From Amoebidium appalachense (Eukaryota > Protista > Ichthyosporea): DNA of 64,000 bases. Location: contig CAVNZM010000002.1 in assembly GCA_963693365.1 (NCBI GenBank), forward strand, positions 12,766,328-12,830,327, given 5' to 3'. A program made the position numbers and the translations under genes. Each line of letters opens with the position of its first letter. The stretch's first letter is position 1. The notes under the pieces were generated by a model, which saw nothing but the letters and a program-made list of their open reading frames with translations, was not told the origin of the DNA and ran no database searches. Shown here in pieces: positions 1-15,227 of this stretch.

Positions 1-153
1 CACACACACACAGTCCCTCCCCCCTCCCCCCCCTCTCCCCCCCCCTCCCCCCGCCCACACACACACACGTCCACAAAAAACACACATACACGTACACACA
101 CACACACACACAGGTATACACACACACGTACACGTACACAAACACATACACAG

Positions 154-402
154 CCACTAGCACGGCTTGGTGGGCAGGTATTGGGCATCGATGCATCCGA
201 AAAGAATGTCAAGACAGCCATGGCCCACCGCCTCAGAGACCAGTCCTCACTTTCAACACTCACATACAAATGCTGCACTGCCGGTATTATTCTCCCTGCC
301 CCCCCCCCCCCCCCCCCCCCCCCTCCCCCCCCTCCCGGTCCTCCTCCCTCCTGATCTTCATTCCCTCTTCCTCCTCCTCCCTCTGGATCACCCCCTCCCC
401 CC

Positions 403-433
<31 letters not shown>

Positions 434-1701
434 ACCCCCACCCCTTTTTTGCATTTGTGGTGTAGTTGTGTGTGTGTGTCCTTGTTTGTATGTATTCGTA
501 ATGTGTGATTCGTTGGGTTTTTTTTCCCACTTTGTAGACCCTGTACCTGCATTTTTTTGTTTATTAATATTCCTTTTTTTCCCCTTCTTTTTTTCCCCCT
601 CCCTTTTTTGGAATGTGTATGTAGGAATGTAATTGTTTTCCCATGGAGATTGTCCTGTCGAACTCCCCCCCCCCCCCCCCCCTTCCGCTCCCGTCGAATG
701 TGCATATGTTTTTTTGCTATCACTTTAGTTAGACCCCCGTTCCCCCCGGGGACACCTCTTTACTCCTGGGTGTGTTGAAATAGGTGCTCGTCTTCCCGCC
801 TGTGTTCACCACCAAACTTTGCAACCCATCATCATACACTGTTTCATAAATATCACAAATGGCTCGTGACGTCTAACCATTAAGAACCCGCCACCACCCC
901 CATTCAACCAATCAAAACTCACCAAAGTCATGTCATGTGTTTTGTCCCAGAGGCTCTAGCCGAGAGCGGGCAGCAGTACGATGTGGTGGTGGCGTCCGAG
1001 ATCATCGAACATGTCAAGAGCCCAAATGACTTTATTGGTACATGCAGCAAACTGCTCAAGGTATGTGTGGGGGAGGGAGGGGGAGAAGGGACGAGGGGGG
1101 AGGGGGGGGAAGGGGGAATGGAGGAGGAAGAGGGGAGGGAGGCAAGGGGATGGAGGAGGGGGTGGAGGGGTGAGTGGTTGTGTGCCTGTGTGGGGGTGGG
1201 GTGGGGGGGGATATCGTCTGTGTTTGTGTTTGTGGCAGGGGGAAGGGGGGTGGGGGTCGATGGGTGTGTTTGTGTGTGTGTGTGTGATGTGTGTGTCTGT
1301 GTCTGTTTGTGTTTGGGTTGATGGTAGAAGGGTAAGTGTGGATGGGTTTTGAGTGGTAAGATGTGACGACATTTTGAAAAGTAGAAATCAGACTATGTAT
1401 ACTAGGACCATACTTTCGTTCTGGTCCGCTGGCGGGACCAAAATTCGGGGCTAGGGTAGGGGGGGCATTGGAGGAAACAACTTTTTTTGTTTGTTTGTTT
1501 ATGAATGTGGATGTGTGGGGGATGGAGTAGGTTTGGCCTCCTGCGTGCATGTGTGGTGTTGGGTGGAGATGTTTGGTTCACCGTGTTACTGACTGACACA
1601 TACACATACTGCTCTCAGCCATGCAACACCTCACTCACAAGACAAGCCAACAAGGACAATCTACAAACCTTCTAACCCCCGTCCCCCCTCTCCTCCCTCC
1701 C

Positions 1702-1744
<43 letters not shown>

Positions 1745-1804
1745 ACATACACTTTTTTTTCATATAACCACCACCACCACCACACCTCACCGCACGCACA
1801 CATA

Positions 1805-1888
<84 letters not shown>

Positions 1889-2352
1889 CCAGGAGGCACG
1901 TTCATTGTATCCACCATTAACCGCACGCCGCAAGCGTTTGTCGTTGTGGTTGTGGCTGCCGAGTATATAGCAAGATGGGTTCCCCCGGGAACACACGACT
2001 ATGAAAAGTTTATTAAGCCAGAGGAGCTTACGGCTGTTGTTAGGGAAAAAGGTACCGCATCCCAAAGTTTTCGATTATATGTGTGCTGTGGTTTATGCTT
2101 TATTTAGGCCGTGTGTATGGTTACATAATCCCCCCTTTCCCCCCCCCGTCCTCCCCCCCCCCCCCCCCCCCAAAAAAAAAGAAAGAAAAAAGGAGGTCTG
2201 TGGATGCCTGCACGTTTGCATTTGTTTCTTTGTCCTTTTTTTTTTTTTTTTTTTTTTTCGTTCTGGGCTTTCTTTCTTCTTCCACCATCTAAGGCATACG
2301 GCCCATATATCTCCCTCCTCCCTCGCTTCCCTTCCCTTCCCTCCCCCCCCCC

Positions 2353-2395
<43 letters not shown>

Positions 2396-2616
2396 TTCCC
2401 CCTCCCCTCCCCTCCCTCCCCCCCCCCCCCCCCCTCCCCACACACACACATACACACACACGTATGCACGCACACACCTACACGTACACAGGAATGGAAC
2501 TTGAGGACGTCAGTGGGATGCTTTTCAACCCGATCACCAACAATTGGTGGCTTGGTGCCGACTTGAGCGTCAACTACATACTGGCAGCATCAAAACCTAA
2601 AGCGTCAACGGCGTAA
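154..2616 (+). CDS. COQ3: Ubiquinone biosynthesis O-methyltransferase (COQ3/UbiG), 3' part; exons 154-283, 951-1060, 1889-2051, 2492-2616; 5' exons lie outside the window
   Basis: GT-AG exons splice in frame to PLARLGGQVLGIDASEKNV...YDVVVASEIIEHV...LLKPGGTFIVSTINRT...AAEYIARWVPPGTHDYEKFIKPEEL...NPITNNWWLGADLSVNYILAA*, which are the UbiG/COQ3 signature motifs. Confidence 0.93.
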
Positions 2617-3176
2617 TCTGGAAATCTACCCGAGAGCGATCTTGGATCGCCCACACTGGAATATGCCCTTCGGAATCCGTCTAAAGCTTCTCGGGCAATT
2701 TAGCACATTTCGAGCCTTGTGGTCGTGTGGTTGGTGTGGTTGACCAGTGATTTGCACCTGTGTGATTTTTTTTTTTTTGCGGACCCATATTGGTGCCTCG
2801 TAAAGGCTGAATGGAGCGCTGGAACGTTTAACTTGATTCCTTTTGAATGACCACATTAGCATGGCATATGGTTAGGTTTGCACGCTCAGCTCTAAACATA
2901 CGCACAGGAGCAGTGCTGATGTTCGTTGTTACATTCGTGTAGGTGTGTACGTTTGTGCATTTGTGTGTGACACTACTGTGTGTGCGCGCGCGCATGCGCA
3001 CGTGTGCCGGTGGCTTGCACTCACACCTGCACACAAACACACATAAACCAGGGCGTGCACATAGCGCCACACGTACAAAAACTGGAGGATCGTGCAGGGT
3101 GGGTGCTACTGGTTGGTCAGATGTGGTTTTCTTCTTTCTTTTTAGTCCCCCCCCCCCCCCCCCCCCCCCCCTCCGA

Positions 3177-3225
<49 letters not shown>

Positions 3226-4898
3226 CTGTGTGTGTGTTGTGTGTGTGTGTGTGTGCGTGTATGTTTGGGGGAAGGTATGATACGATGCAATCTCTGACAA
3301 AGGGATGGCTCTGTTCGTTTGTTTTCATACCACGGGACAGGTGCCCGAATACATACATACACAGTTGGCCCTTCTAGATGTACGTTTTTCAAGTGCACGT
3401 GTCTCTGAGACTCAGCTCAGAGTTCTCCAGCTCCCACGTGCCGTATATATGGCCACCACATAACCCCCACACCGTACACATATGCATATGTACACACACA
3501 CACACGCACACACATGCATGCACACGCTCGAGGTAGCCCTCGTGTACCACCACAACGATTTCACACTATTATTACTGATCGTTACTGTTCCTGCACCGTG
3601 ACACACGCACACGCGCACGCACAGTGTGTGCCCACACGGACGTGTGCATATGTACACGCACGCACACACACACACACACCATATGCCACATGTACACGAC
3701 CACAACACGCACGTGCATGTATACGCACACCTACATGTGCTCACTACGGGCAACGCACATCGGCCTTCGGAACTCCGACCCCGCCACTGCCCAGCCTACA
3801 ATAGCTGGGGCTGGCTCAAGGCCTACCACCTACTGAGGCGGTGTCTCCTTTCTTTTTTTTTTTTGCCGCCAGAGTAGATGTTAAAACGTCGCACGTGCGG
3901 CAACACGTCAGTACGTGTTAGGCTCAAGGCCTCCTAAATAGCACTCCCCCAAGGCCTCCGCACTCCGGGCCGAGGCACGCATTAGGCTAGAACGGTGTTT
4001 CTAGATGGCCGTGGCTAGAACTTGTGATTACCGTAAGCAGCTTCCGTGTATTCAAATCCATGGGTCTGATCAAAAAGACTACAATTAGCGCAAAACTTGC
4101 GCAATTTTTACGCTTAATCAGGAAAATCGGAGCGGCGCGCACCGGCCGCAGCCCCGGCCCCGGCGCAGCCTCAGCAGTGCCACTTATTGTCAAGTTGGAC
4201 AAAAGCACATGCAGGTCACAAAAAGAAAAAGAAGCCAGAAACATAGAATGTGTTATAGTTTGCGTTTGGGCCGGGCCCTTTTTTGTGGTGTTGCTGCCAG
4301 AATTGGTGGCTGGAATGCTTTAGCTGCAATCCTCGGTGCAACAGGATCTGTTGTGGATAACGCAGGAATACCATTCACTCCATGATTCTCCTTAGTGTAG
4401 GTGAATGGCCGAACAAGACCGCACAGGACAGTGGGTGGGAGGGGAAGAGAAGGAGAGAGGAAGGGAAGAGGGGGGGGGGGGGGGGGGGGGGTGGGAAGGG
4501 GAGGTGGGGGGGTGAGGGGGATCAGCTCTGTGTGTGCACGTGTGTATGAAGTGTTATATTGTACGGCTACTTTTTCTTTTGTTGTCAAAGCTTACATCGG
4601 ATGTTTCTGTCTGTTTGTGTGTGAGTGGAAAGGGGGGAGGGGGGAGGGAGTCAGCAGTGTGTTGTGTGTGTGTGTGTGTGTGCGCATGTGCGCGTGTGCG
4701 TGCATGCGTGTGCGTGTGCGTGCGAGTTTTTCTGTGAGTCCGTGCCATGTGCGTTCGTGACGTAGGTGTCTGTCCACCTAGGCATCTGCCTGCTGCATGC
4801 ACGCACGTGTGTGTACTGTGACTTATGCGCGCGCGTGTGTGAGTGGGTGTGTGTGTGAAAATATAGACGAGTTTTGCGTGCCCGAGTGTGCGCCAGAA

Positions 4899-4938
<40 letters not shown>

Positions 4939-7007
4939 TGAGCTTCTGAGAGAGAAAGAGAGGAGAGAAAGGCCCGGGGGGGGGGGGGGGGGAGGGCTAG
5001 AGCCCGAGGGAAAGGAGGGAGAAAAGAAGCCTCGTGTGTGTGTGCGCGCGCGGAAGTGTGCCGGCCTTGAGAATATATAGTGAGCAGGGCGCGTGTTTGG
5101 CACGAGAGAACCCAAAGGGGAAGGGGGAGGAGGCGGGAAGCTGCTCGTAGTGTCTCTGTGCTACGGCCCACCCCTGCCCTGTGCATGCTTGCAGTATTGT
5201 GTGTTTGCTCGTCTGTATGTCTGGCACGTGCGTGCTGCATGTATTTGCAGGTGCAAAGCGTACTTGTGTGTGCGTGTGTGTGTGTCTGTGTCAAGTTATC
5301 TTCTGAGTACTAGTCTATCCTCTCTCCTTTGGGTCTTCGAATTCCATAGGTGGTTTCTCCGATTACAAAAGATTCATGTGTGCCCAGATCGCGAAGATCC
5401 TTCGGAACCTTTGGCTTGGTGAGCCATAAATAAAACTTCCAGCACCAGTCACAGGTTCGTTGTACTCAACGCATGTATCATTCGGAAAATCCACTGGTGA
5501 AAACACTGGGGTGAAGCTTCGTTTGTCTGGGAAGTAGATCATCACGACTTTATAGAGAGGTTGGCGTCTGTGAGGAAGCTGGGCATAAACGTGCCCTTGT
5601 AACGCAGCCCAGTCCTAATACATCTAATTGCAGGAAACAATACAGCATACCTTCAGAACTTCACGGGGGGCCGGGGGGTGGCCGGGGCGGGGCGGCTGTT
5701 GTAGGAGCCTCAAAGTCAACTGCTGTTCACTGTGTGCGGCACACAGCCTCCTAGATCGCAACAGAAATTTTATGGGGATCCAAGTTTATGTCGAATATAT
5801 ATATATATATATATGATGACCACAAATCTCACAGAAATAACCTATGAAGCATCACAAATGCCATAATAAATATTTAACTAATATAATAATGTAATTTTAT
5901 AAGGCAAAAATTACAGTTTTTTCCAAGAGTATGAAAATAAATATCAGTAGTCCTGCTGTAGTTTTACAAAACCCGCAATATGGCACGTCTAGGAGAATTC
6001 TAACTTCCCGCCAATTGAAGTCTTAGCCAATCGCTGAGATAGACATCATCCAATCGGAATAATTATTATTATAGCAGCGCGCATTCCTCAGTCACCAATC
6101 AGTGGCAATCTTTCTAATACACACGGAAGCAGGGGGGGGGATTACGAAAAAAAAAATCGTCGTAATTACGACTAACGAAAGACCCCGATACGAATAAGGT
6201 TAGGGTGCCGTCGTAACAGCTTTCGTATCAGATATATAGCATTATAAACGCTTTAAGGCCCCCTAATATCTAACTGTACCTAATTTTTTCAATGTTTCTG
6301 TTCAAGAACATACATATCTACAGCGCTTCTCATGAGCAAAATCGAACCCCGACAAGTGTCCAGGGCTTGTAATTTTGCGATACTCAATTTGTAAAAACGC
6401 GTATTTTGAGTTTTGTGACTGGAGGGGCGTTTTTAGCTGGGCTTGCATATCCCCAAGAACCCCCCCGTTACGATTAAGAAAAAAAAAATTTTTTTTTTTA
6501 AATAAAAAAAAAGTCCGTTACGATTGGCCAAACGACAATACGCCTAAGCTGGCCAACAGCCCAACCCTGCACGGAAGTTGATGACGTCACTTTCCACTGC
6601 TACGACCCCCGGAGTGCTTTGGGGTTAGGAGGCCCGGGCTGGCTACATGTCGCCCCTTTTTGTTTTGGTTGCTTTATATGGCTATTGTTTTGCGCTCGGG
6701 TGATTACTAGATTGGATTGGATACCTAAAAAGCCAGGGCCACAGACAGACAGACTCCCGTGACTTTCCGGGAGCTCTTTCCGGGTTGTTTCAAGTTCGCA
6801 AGGGGTCATGTTACAAATTGGCAGTAAGTTAAACAAACATCTACAGGGCAGCTTTGGAAAGAAACATCTGAAAATGGAGGCAGAGAGAAAGCCTGCTGTT
6901 GTGATGTGGTAGGTGACTGGTTCTTTCGAGTGAATGGGTATACGTGGGTTGAGTTGAATAGGAAAGGGTTGGAATGCTGGTTTGTGCTAGTAAGGAAAAG
7001 GATGAAA

Positions 7008-7055
<48 letters not shown>

Positions 7056-7609
7056 CTGCTGTGACGGCAACTTGCTGCCGTGAGTGTCAAGATGTATTTT
7101 TTGGGCAGGGAAGCAGATGTAAGGGGATGAATGGGACGAAAAGATCTTTAACGGTAGAGGCCTTTTGACGAACAGATCAGGAGGAGGCACCGGGTGGAGA
7201 GGGAAGTAATCTGATTCGTGTGATGGGCTGAGTGACGTAGGGGCAGGGATCTGGGCAGGATAAGAGGGCCATGTGCGCTACACAGGATGTATGAGGGATT
7301 CCAAGAGTTGTTGGACGGGAGAATCACGGAGGTTTGTTTGTGACGTTGTGAGGCAATTTTGGCAACTACCAAGAGCAAAGAGTCTGACCATAGATGGATC
7401 TCGAGGGCTTGAATGTTATGGTCATGGACGACTCTCAGTGAGAATCAGAGCCTTATCTGTCATATCCAATAGGACTACTATATAGATATGGGATCCATGT
7501 TCAAGTCACTTTGAACATTCGCACGCATGTTCACTCAATCCCGTTGCACCTCGCCCCCCTAAGCACACAGACACACACACACACACACACACGCACGCAC
7601 GCGCGCGCG

Positions 7610-7684
<75 letters not shown>

Positions 7685-7726
7685 GCGCCCGTGCACACAC
7701 ACACACACACACACACTTACACACAC

Positions 7727-7839
<113 letters not shown>

Positions 7840-7905
7840 TATATATCCATCATGCTACACACCCCTCTAGTCCTATGCTGTCCACACTGACACATGGCTC
7901 TGCAG

Positions 7906-8159
7906 TGGTACGGGGGAGTACACCACGGGATACGTTCACGGCACAGCCAGCCAGAGTGACAAAAAGGTGCATGCCTTCCCCCCTTTCCCCCCCCCCTCTC
8001 CCCCCCCCCCCCCCCCCCCTCCCGGCACAACCTTTCTCCTCCTACCTGCAAATCTTTTTTTAAACACGAGAAGTTAAATAATAAAGCACCGAAGCCAAAA
8101 CAAAATGACTGGAAATAGATAAAAACGAAAGCGCCACCATTCCTCCCTCCCTCCCCCCC

Positions 8160-8190
<31 letters not shown>

Positions 8191-8589
8191 AAAAAAAAAA
8201 AAAAAGCCAGCCATGCCCAAGTCCAATGAGAGCTGAAATAGTAAAGAGCGGATGATAAGCCGGTAAACGGAGACAGATATAAACGAACAAACCACCATCC
8301 CCCCTCCCCCCTCGCCCCCGCTCCCCCTCTCCCTCCCCCTATACCCACCCATCTCACCCACTTCCCCGCCTTTCTTACCCCCCTGTACCTCCATAGACCC
8401 AACCCTCGCTCCACCTTGGTATTTTCCTTTCTTATGTTATATCTCCAAGCGAGAAGTGCTGCTGATTTTTGACTACTCACACTGGATATCAAGCAGGGGT
8501 GCATATGTGGGTGATTTTTCTTCTTCTTTTTTATTCGTTCTTTATTTTCTGGGAGTGTGTGTTTCTTTCTTTCTTTCTTTTTTTTTTTT

Positions 8590-8620
<31 letters not shown>

Positions 8621-8820
8621 GAGAGAGGGGGGGGGGGGGGGACTGGTCTGAGTTTGGGGCGGGAGGGGAGGGACGTGTGTGTGTGTGTGGGGGGGGGGAG
8701 GGGGGAGGTGGGGGGAGGTGGGGGGGGATGTAGGGGATGGGCAGGGGGGTTCTCGGATCCCGACTGAAATATGTGTTTGCCCGTTGAGCTCCGGAGGAGT
8801 GGGAGGGGGGGGGAGGGGGG

Positions 8821-8863
<43 letters not shown>

Positions 8864-9057
8864 TATTTCACTCAGGCATAGTAGGAGCGAATGAGTATTG
8901 TTAATGTGTGTGGCGGCATTTTCTCTATGTGACGTTAACATGATGTCAACATGACGTACATATATTGTCAGTGTGATGACAGCTTATTTAGACGTGCATA
9001 CATGGGACCGATGTGTCTCTTTTTCACCGGCCCTCAGACACATGCACGCGCACACGT

Positions 9058-9150
<93 letters not shown>

Positions 9151-10352
9151 TCGGAGTGGTGGCATTGTGCATGTTTGAGCTGAGACGATTGGGGAAGGTC
9201 GGAAACCTGGCCTTGGTGGGCACGACAGGTGAAAATATATATCCCCCCCCCCCCCCCCCCCTCCCCCCGGGCTCCCCCTCCTCAGCCCCCCTCCCCCCCC
9301 TTCCCCCCCCCCCCCCCCTCCCCGCCGCCCCCGACCTTTCCCAACCCCCCTCATCCCCTCCATCCCCCTCCTTCCCCCCCCCCCCCCCCCCTTCCCCCCC
9401 CCCCCCCCCCCCCCCCCCCCAAAAAAAAGCTCATATGGCACGGGTTTACAGGTTCTACTGCCGCGGTTTCTCTCAGCCTTCATCAAACACATGCAAAATG
9501 CCATCCTCTTCTGCGCAAACCATTTGCACCCTTCATTTGCCCTATGATAATAATAATAACTTCTTCTTTTTATTATTACATGTACAGAGGAAGAAGATAT
9601 ACCCTTTTATTATCTACCCTGCCTTAAATAACGCACATTTCCGACATTTTTCACTCTCTGATTATTACATCGTGCTCTATGTGCAGGAAGTTGCATGTCT
9701 CCCTGTGATATACTTGCTATGGAATACTTATAAGTATTCACAGTTTCCAATATCAACGAAATATTCTACAGGCAGGAAATTTGCAGGTATTCTCGGCTTA
9801 TTCTTATTGTTGAACACTCGAAGTATTTCAAAAAAATCAATATATCAAAGAGATTTCCACGTGCAGGAAAGCAGGATACTTGCAGGCACCCCTGAGGTAT
9901 CTTTATTGTTGGATATTTGTGATATCCACAATTTTCAATACTAACGAGACATTCCACAGGCAGGAAATTTGCAGGTATCCGCCAGCACCTGGAGCAGAAC
10001 ATTCGAGACGTCTACAACAATCTAGATGTCACGTGCTCAACTTTTCCCGCAGATGACGTTGAAAGGGACCCCCTTGCTTGTGCGTGAAACCCCCCCCCCC
10101 TCCCCCCCCCCCCCCCCCCCCCCCCCCACTCCCTACCGGTTCTCCCAGTTGTCCCCCTTCCCCTCCCCCTCCTCACTCCCCGGGATTCCTTCCCACCCCC
10201 TTCCCCCCTCCCCTCCCCCCAAGCTCTGGTCACATTTGTTTGGTTTTCCTTTTCTTCTTTTCCTTATTTCTTTTTGTTGCTTTTTTTCTATCCGTTCTGC
10301 TTTGCAGTCCTTGTATTTGACCTCTTAATGCATAGATCATCCCCCCCCCCCC

Positions 10353-10383
<31 letters not shown>

Positions 10384-10829
10384 AGAACACACACACACAC
10401 TCCCCCCCCCCCCCCCCCCCCCACCCCCCACTTCCCTCCCTCCCTCCTTCCCTCCCTCCCTCCCTCCCTCCCTCCCTCCCTCCCTCCCTCTCTCCCTCCC
10501 TCCCTCTCCCCCCCCCCCTCTCTCTCTCTCTCTCGCTCGCTCGTTCGCTCTCTCTCTCTCTCTCCTCTCTCTCTGCCTCCCCTTCTCCGTTTTCCCCCCG
10601 CAACATTCTCTCTCCCCTCCGTGTGTGTGCAGCAAATGTATGGACAGGCAAGGGTGTGCCGTATGTATACGCATGTAACAGCCATACATATGATACGTGA
10701 GGGTACATATAATCATTTCTTTCTGAATCAGTTATTGTTTATGTTTTCATGATAGCCTCCAGACCAAAGCATGTTAACTTGTTTTTTCTGAGTTATGGCG
10801 TATGTTTTTATGATACCTCCAGATCACAA

Positions 10830-10862
<33 letters not shown>

Positions 10863-11606
10863 CCCTCTCCAGAGTTTTTGATTGTACTTTCATGATTTCT
10901 CGAGATCAAAACATGCCCCCCCCCCCCCCCCCCCCCCCCCTTTTTTTTTTTGGGAGGGGGCGGGGGGGGGGGGAGTTTTTAGTTATCAGGATACCTCGCG
11001 GACTCCCCTTTTGAGTTATCGATCATTTTTTTTGGTGCCCTCCAGCCACCTTTTTGGAGCTATTGATGTGTTTTCACGAAATTCTCGAGAGCAAATCATG
11101 TCCATTGTTTTTTCGGCATATTTTTTTAACCGGATTATGTTTTTATGATATCCTGCAGATCAAAAGGCCATCGACACACTCCAACGCGGAGACATGATCA
11201 CAATCTTCACCCCCGACGACACCCACTATGAGATTGCACTGTATGCGATCCAGAGGGGTGTGCATGTGCTTGTTACTAAGCCCGCTGTGAAAACACTGAA
11301 GGAGCATAGACACCTGGTCGAGGTGGGATATCAACTTTGAAAAAGAAAAAAAAAAAAAAAAAAAAAGGAAAAGAAAGAAAGATAAAAAAACAGACATAGA
11401 TGCACACTTGCGCGAATCAAAAACACACACGTACATGCACATACTTACACACGCGCGCATCCACACGTACACAGAGAGAGAGACGGGCACACACACGCAC
11501 ACACAAAACAAACACACACACACACACATACACATGCACGCACACGCGCGCACACACACACACAGACACAGACACACAGACAGACACACACACAGACACA
11601 CAGACA

Positions 11607-11648
<42 letters not shown>

Positions 11649-12115
11649 GCACACACAAAAGGAGCAACACCACCAGCAACACCACCACCACAATTATTTT
11701 TCTCCATCGTTTGCTTGTGATATTTGTGCTTCCTTTTGGTTGGTTTGTTGTCATCTTCGGTTTCTCCTTGCTTGACCCCCCCCCCCCCCCCCCCCCCCCC
11801 TCCCCGCCCCTCCCCTCCCGCTTTCCCCTCACCACTCACCACCACCACTATCGGATGGAAAGTTTGGGAATGGCAGGAACTCTCCTAATGCACTTAGAAA
11901 CATTACGTGCACAAAAATTTCCAGGCTGTTTTTTTTACGCTCAGGCGAATTTGTGTTCGTCGTTTCTGTCTTCCTTCACTCACACCATTTAATAATCATC
12001 TTCTCCATTCGTGCATTCTGATGTCTCTTTTGTGATCATTCCCTCCACACACACACACACACATTCACAGACGTGCACACACACGCACACATCCACACAC
12101 ACGCACACGCGCACG

Positions 12116-12211
<96 letters not shown>

Positions 12212-12215
12212 CACG

Positions 12216-12299
<84 letters not shown>

Positions 12300-12581
12300 C
12301 ACACACACACACAGGAGGCGCGCAAGCAGGGTGTATTTGTGATGATGGAGGTACACAAACGCTTCGACCCAATCTACAGAGATGCCGTCGAAAGGATACG
12401 CTCTCTCGGTGACTTTGGGTACGCACATGTCTAACCCCGCTACGTACTTATTAGCGTACTTGGTGTGTGTACAATCCGTGAAATTGTAGGCTTGGTTCCG
12501 TCTAATATACTCTTAGTTCCTCCCTCCCTCCCCCCCCCCCCCCCCCCCCCAATATATACATATACACATATATATACATAC

Positions 12582-12630
<49 letters not shown>

Positions 12631-13451
12631 CATATGTTTACACCACCTCCCTCCCACCCATCCCCACCCCACCCCCTCCACCCCCCACCCCTCACAAAGT
12701 CACACACACGCACGAACACACGCAAACATCCACTCACCAAGGCATCTATGTATGCGACCTCACCTCGCCCCAAAACATTAATATCTTACACATACAGTCA
12801 TATCTTTACGCCTTTTTCCTACCTGGACGACACCTATTTAGACATTAACACACGTGCAAATGAGTTTTACATGGGAACACAATACATATAGTCATATGGT
12901 CAAGTGCTACCTGGACTCCCCCTCCCCCCTCCCACCCCGCCCCTCCCCCCCCCTACACACACACATACCATGGCTCCCCTACTTGCAACATCTCAAACAC
13001 AAGCATGCACGCACACAAACGCACACACACCCTCCCTCTCATTTCCTCATTCATTCACTCTTTCACTCTTTCACCCACGCACCCACCCACTCTGCTCACC
13101 CATCCACACACAACCGTGTCAACCCCTCCCCCCCCCCCCCCCCCCCCCCCCCCTAACACACACACACACACACATGCACACGCACATTCCCCCGAAACTC
13201 CCCCTCCCCCCACCCACACCCACCCACACCCACCCACACACACACACACACATTGCACCCCCTCCCCCTGTCCCCCTTCCCCACACAAAAACTCACATCC
13301 CCCCTCCCCCTCCCCCCCCCCCCCCCCACACACACAAGCACACGCCTCCAACCCCCCCCGCTCCCCCCCACATACACACACCCATACCCCCCCCCCCCCC
13401 CCCCCCCCACACACACACCATAAACGCACATCCGCCCCGCACACCCTCCCT

Positions 13452-13521
<70 letters not shown>

Positions 13522-13737
13522 AACACACACCAACACCCCCCCCCCCCCCCCCGTCCGCTTCTCCGCCACACTGCCCTTCATCCCCTCCCCCTCCCCCCTC
13601 CCTGCTTACTATGCATACTCTTTATGTATGGTTTGCGCTCTGCATCGTGTTATCCTTTGTTCATGTGTACTTCGTACTTTATGACGCATTCAAACTCCTC
13701 TCCCCCCCCCCCCCCCCCCCCCCCCCCCCGCCCCCCC

Positions 13738-13774
<37 letters not shown>

Positions 13775-14367
13775 CCCCCCCAACACACACAGATATTTCC
13801 ACGGATACATGAGCCAGCCCAAGTTGCAGCTGGAGACATTCCGGTCGTGGGCAGGCCGGTCGTCAGACATTAGCTACTACCTCAACTCCCACCACATAGA
13901 CTTTCACTGCTGGGCACTGCACGGTAGGTTTAGCACCAGAATTCCCTTGTATGGTTATGGTTACTCCTTATATGGTTATTATTTCCGTATGTCTACACCA
14001 GAGTTCCCTTATATGGTTATGGTTATTCCCTTATTTGGTTATTTCCGTATGTATACACCAGTATTCCCTTATATGGTTATGGTTATTTCCTTAAATGGTT
14101 ATTTTCGTATGTCTAGAAACAGATATCACTCTGTTAAACTTTGAAGGTAAAGCCAATCAGTGGTTAGGATTTTCCCCAGGAATTTTATTTTTTATGCATT
14201 TGGTGATTTCCGTATGCCTGTCAGAGGATATCACAGCATTTAGAGAGGCCAAACTAATCGTCGGATTTTGCATGTCGGCATTTGCCCACAAAAGAATAAA
14301 AGGCAATAGCAACCATTGGTCCCGAGAAGTCTCTGATGTCATATTAACCTCCTGAGGCCTGCATGTT

Positions 14368-14427
<60 letters not shown>

Positions 14428-14545
14428 CGTAGCCCGCCCCCTCTCTGTTGTGGCCATGGGCTCTACGGGTGTAGCGCAGTCAGACACGTACGGATGCCCA
14501 CAGGGCACAGAAGACACAATCACACTGCTTGTCCAGGTTGTGAAC

Positions 14546-14581
<36 letters not shown>

Positions 14582-15010
14582 ACCCCCCACGGGACCTGAT
14601 AACGTTAACACCAGCACCTTTTGCGACGTCAGAGGTGAGCAACACATTTTCACCCCTGTTGTGAGATGGACACATTCCGGCCGCCTGCCAAATATTTCCA
14701 TTTCTTGCTTTGCCTACACTATCTCCACCCCCCGGTTCTGTGCCTGTGTATGCACACACACAGATGCCCAAACCTGCACCTGTGTTGTACGTGTGTGTGT
14801 GGGCGTGTGTGTGTGTTTGTGTATGCATGAGTGTTGGTGGGCGGGCGGCAGTGGGTGGGTGGGTGGGTGGGTGGGTGGTAGGAGCAAGGAGATCGGGGAC
14901 GGGGATATATGTTCGTTGGATGTACAGAGAGATATACAGAAACTAAATGGAACAATCATTACAGTGGGAAAATCTCCAGACAAAGACCTTGGGCCATGGT
15001 AAGACCCCCC

Positions 15011-15054
<44 letters not shown>

Positions 15055-15180
15055 AAAAAGAAAAGAAAAAAAAAAATCTCCAGCCAACCCTCCCGCTTTT
15101 TGAGTCCCGAGCCCGCATGTTCGCCTACCCTTCTGAGAGGCCTAACGAACTTCGAACAGTTTATCTGTTATTGCTAGGTC

Positions 15181-15227
<47 letters not shown>

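Noticed and set aside
4253-4391. Minus-strand terminal exon ending in an NLS-like KRARPKRKL*
   Set aside because: No recognisable homology, and no upstream exon could be linked to it.
6600-7500. Decayed LINE/RT fragment or first exon of the reductase gene
   Set aside because: No RT motif was found, and the candidate ATG exons (6581, about 7394) lack a donor in the required phase 2.
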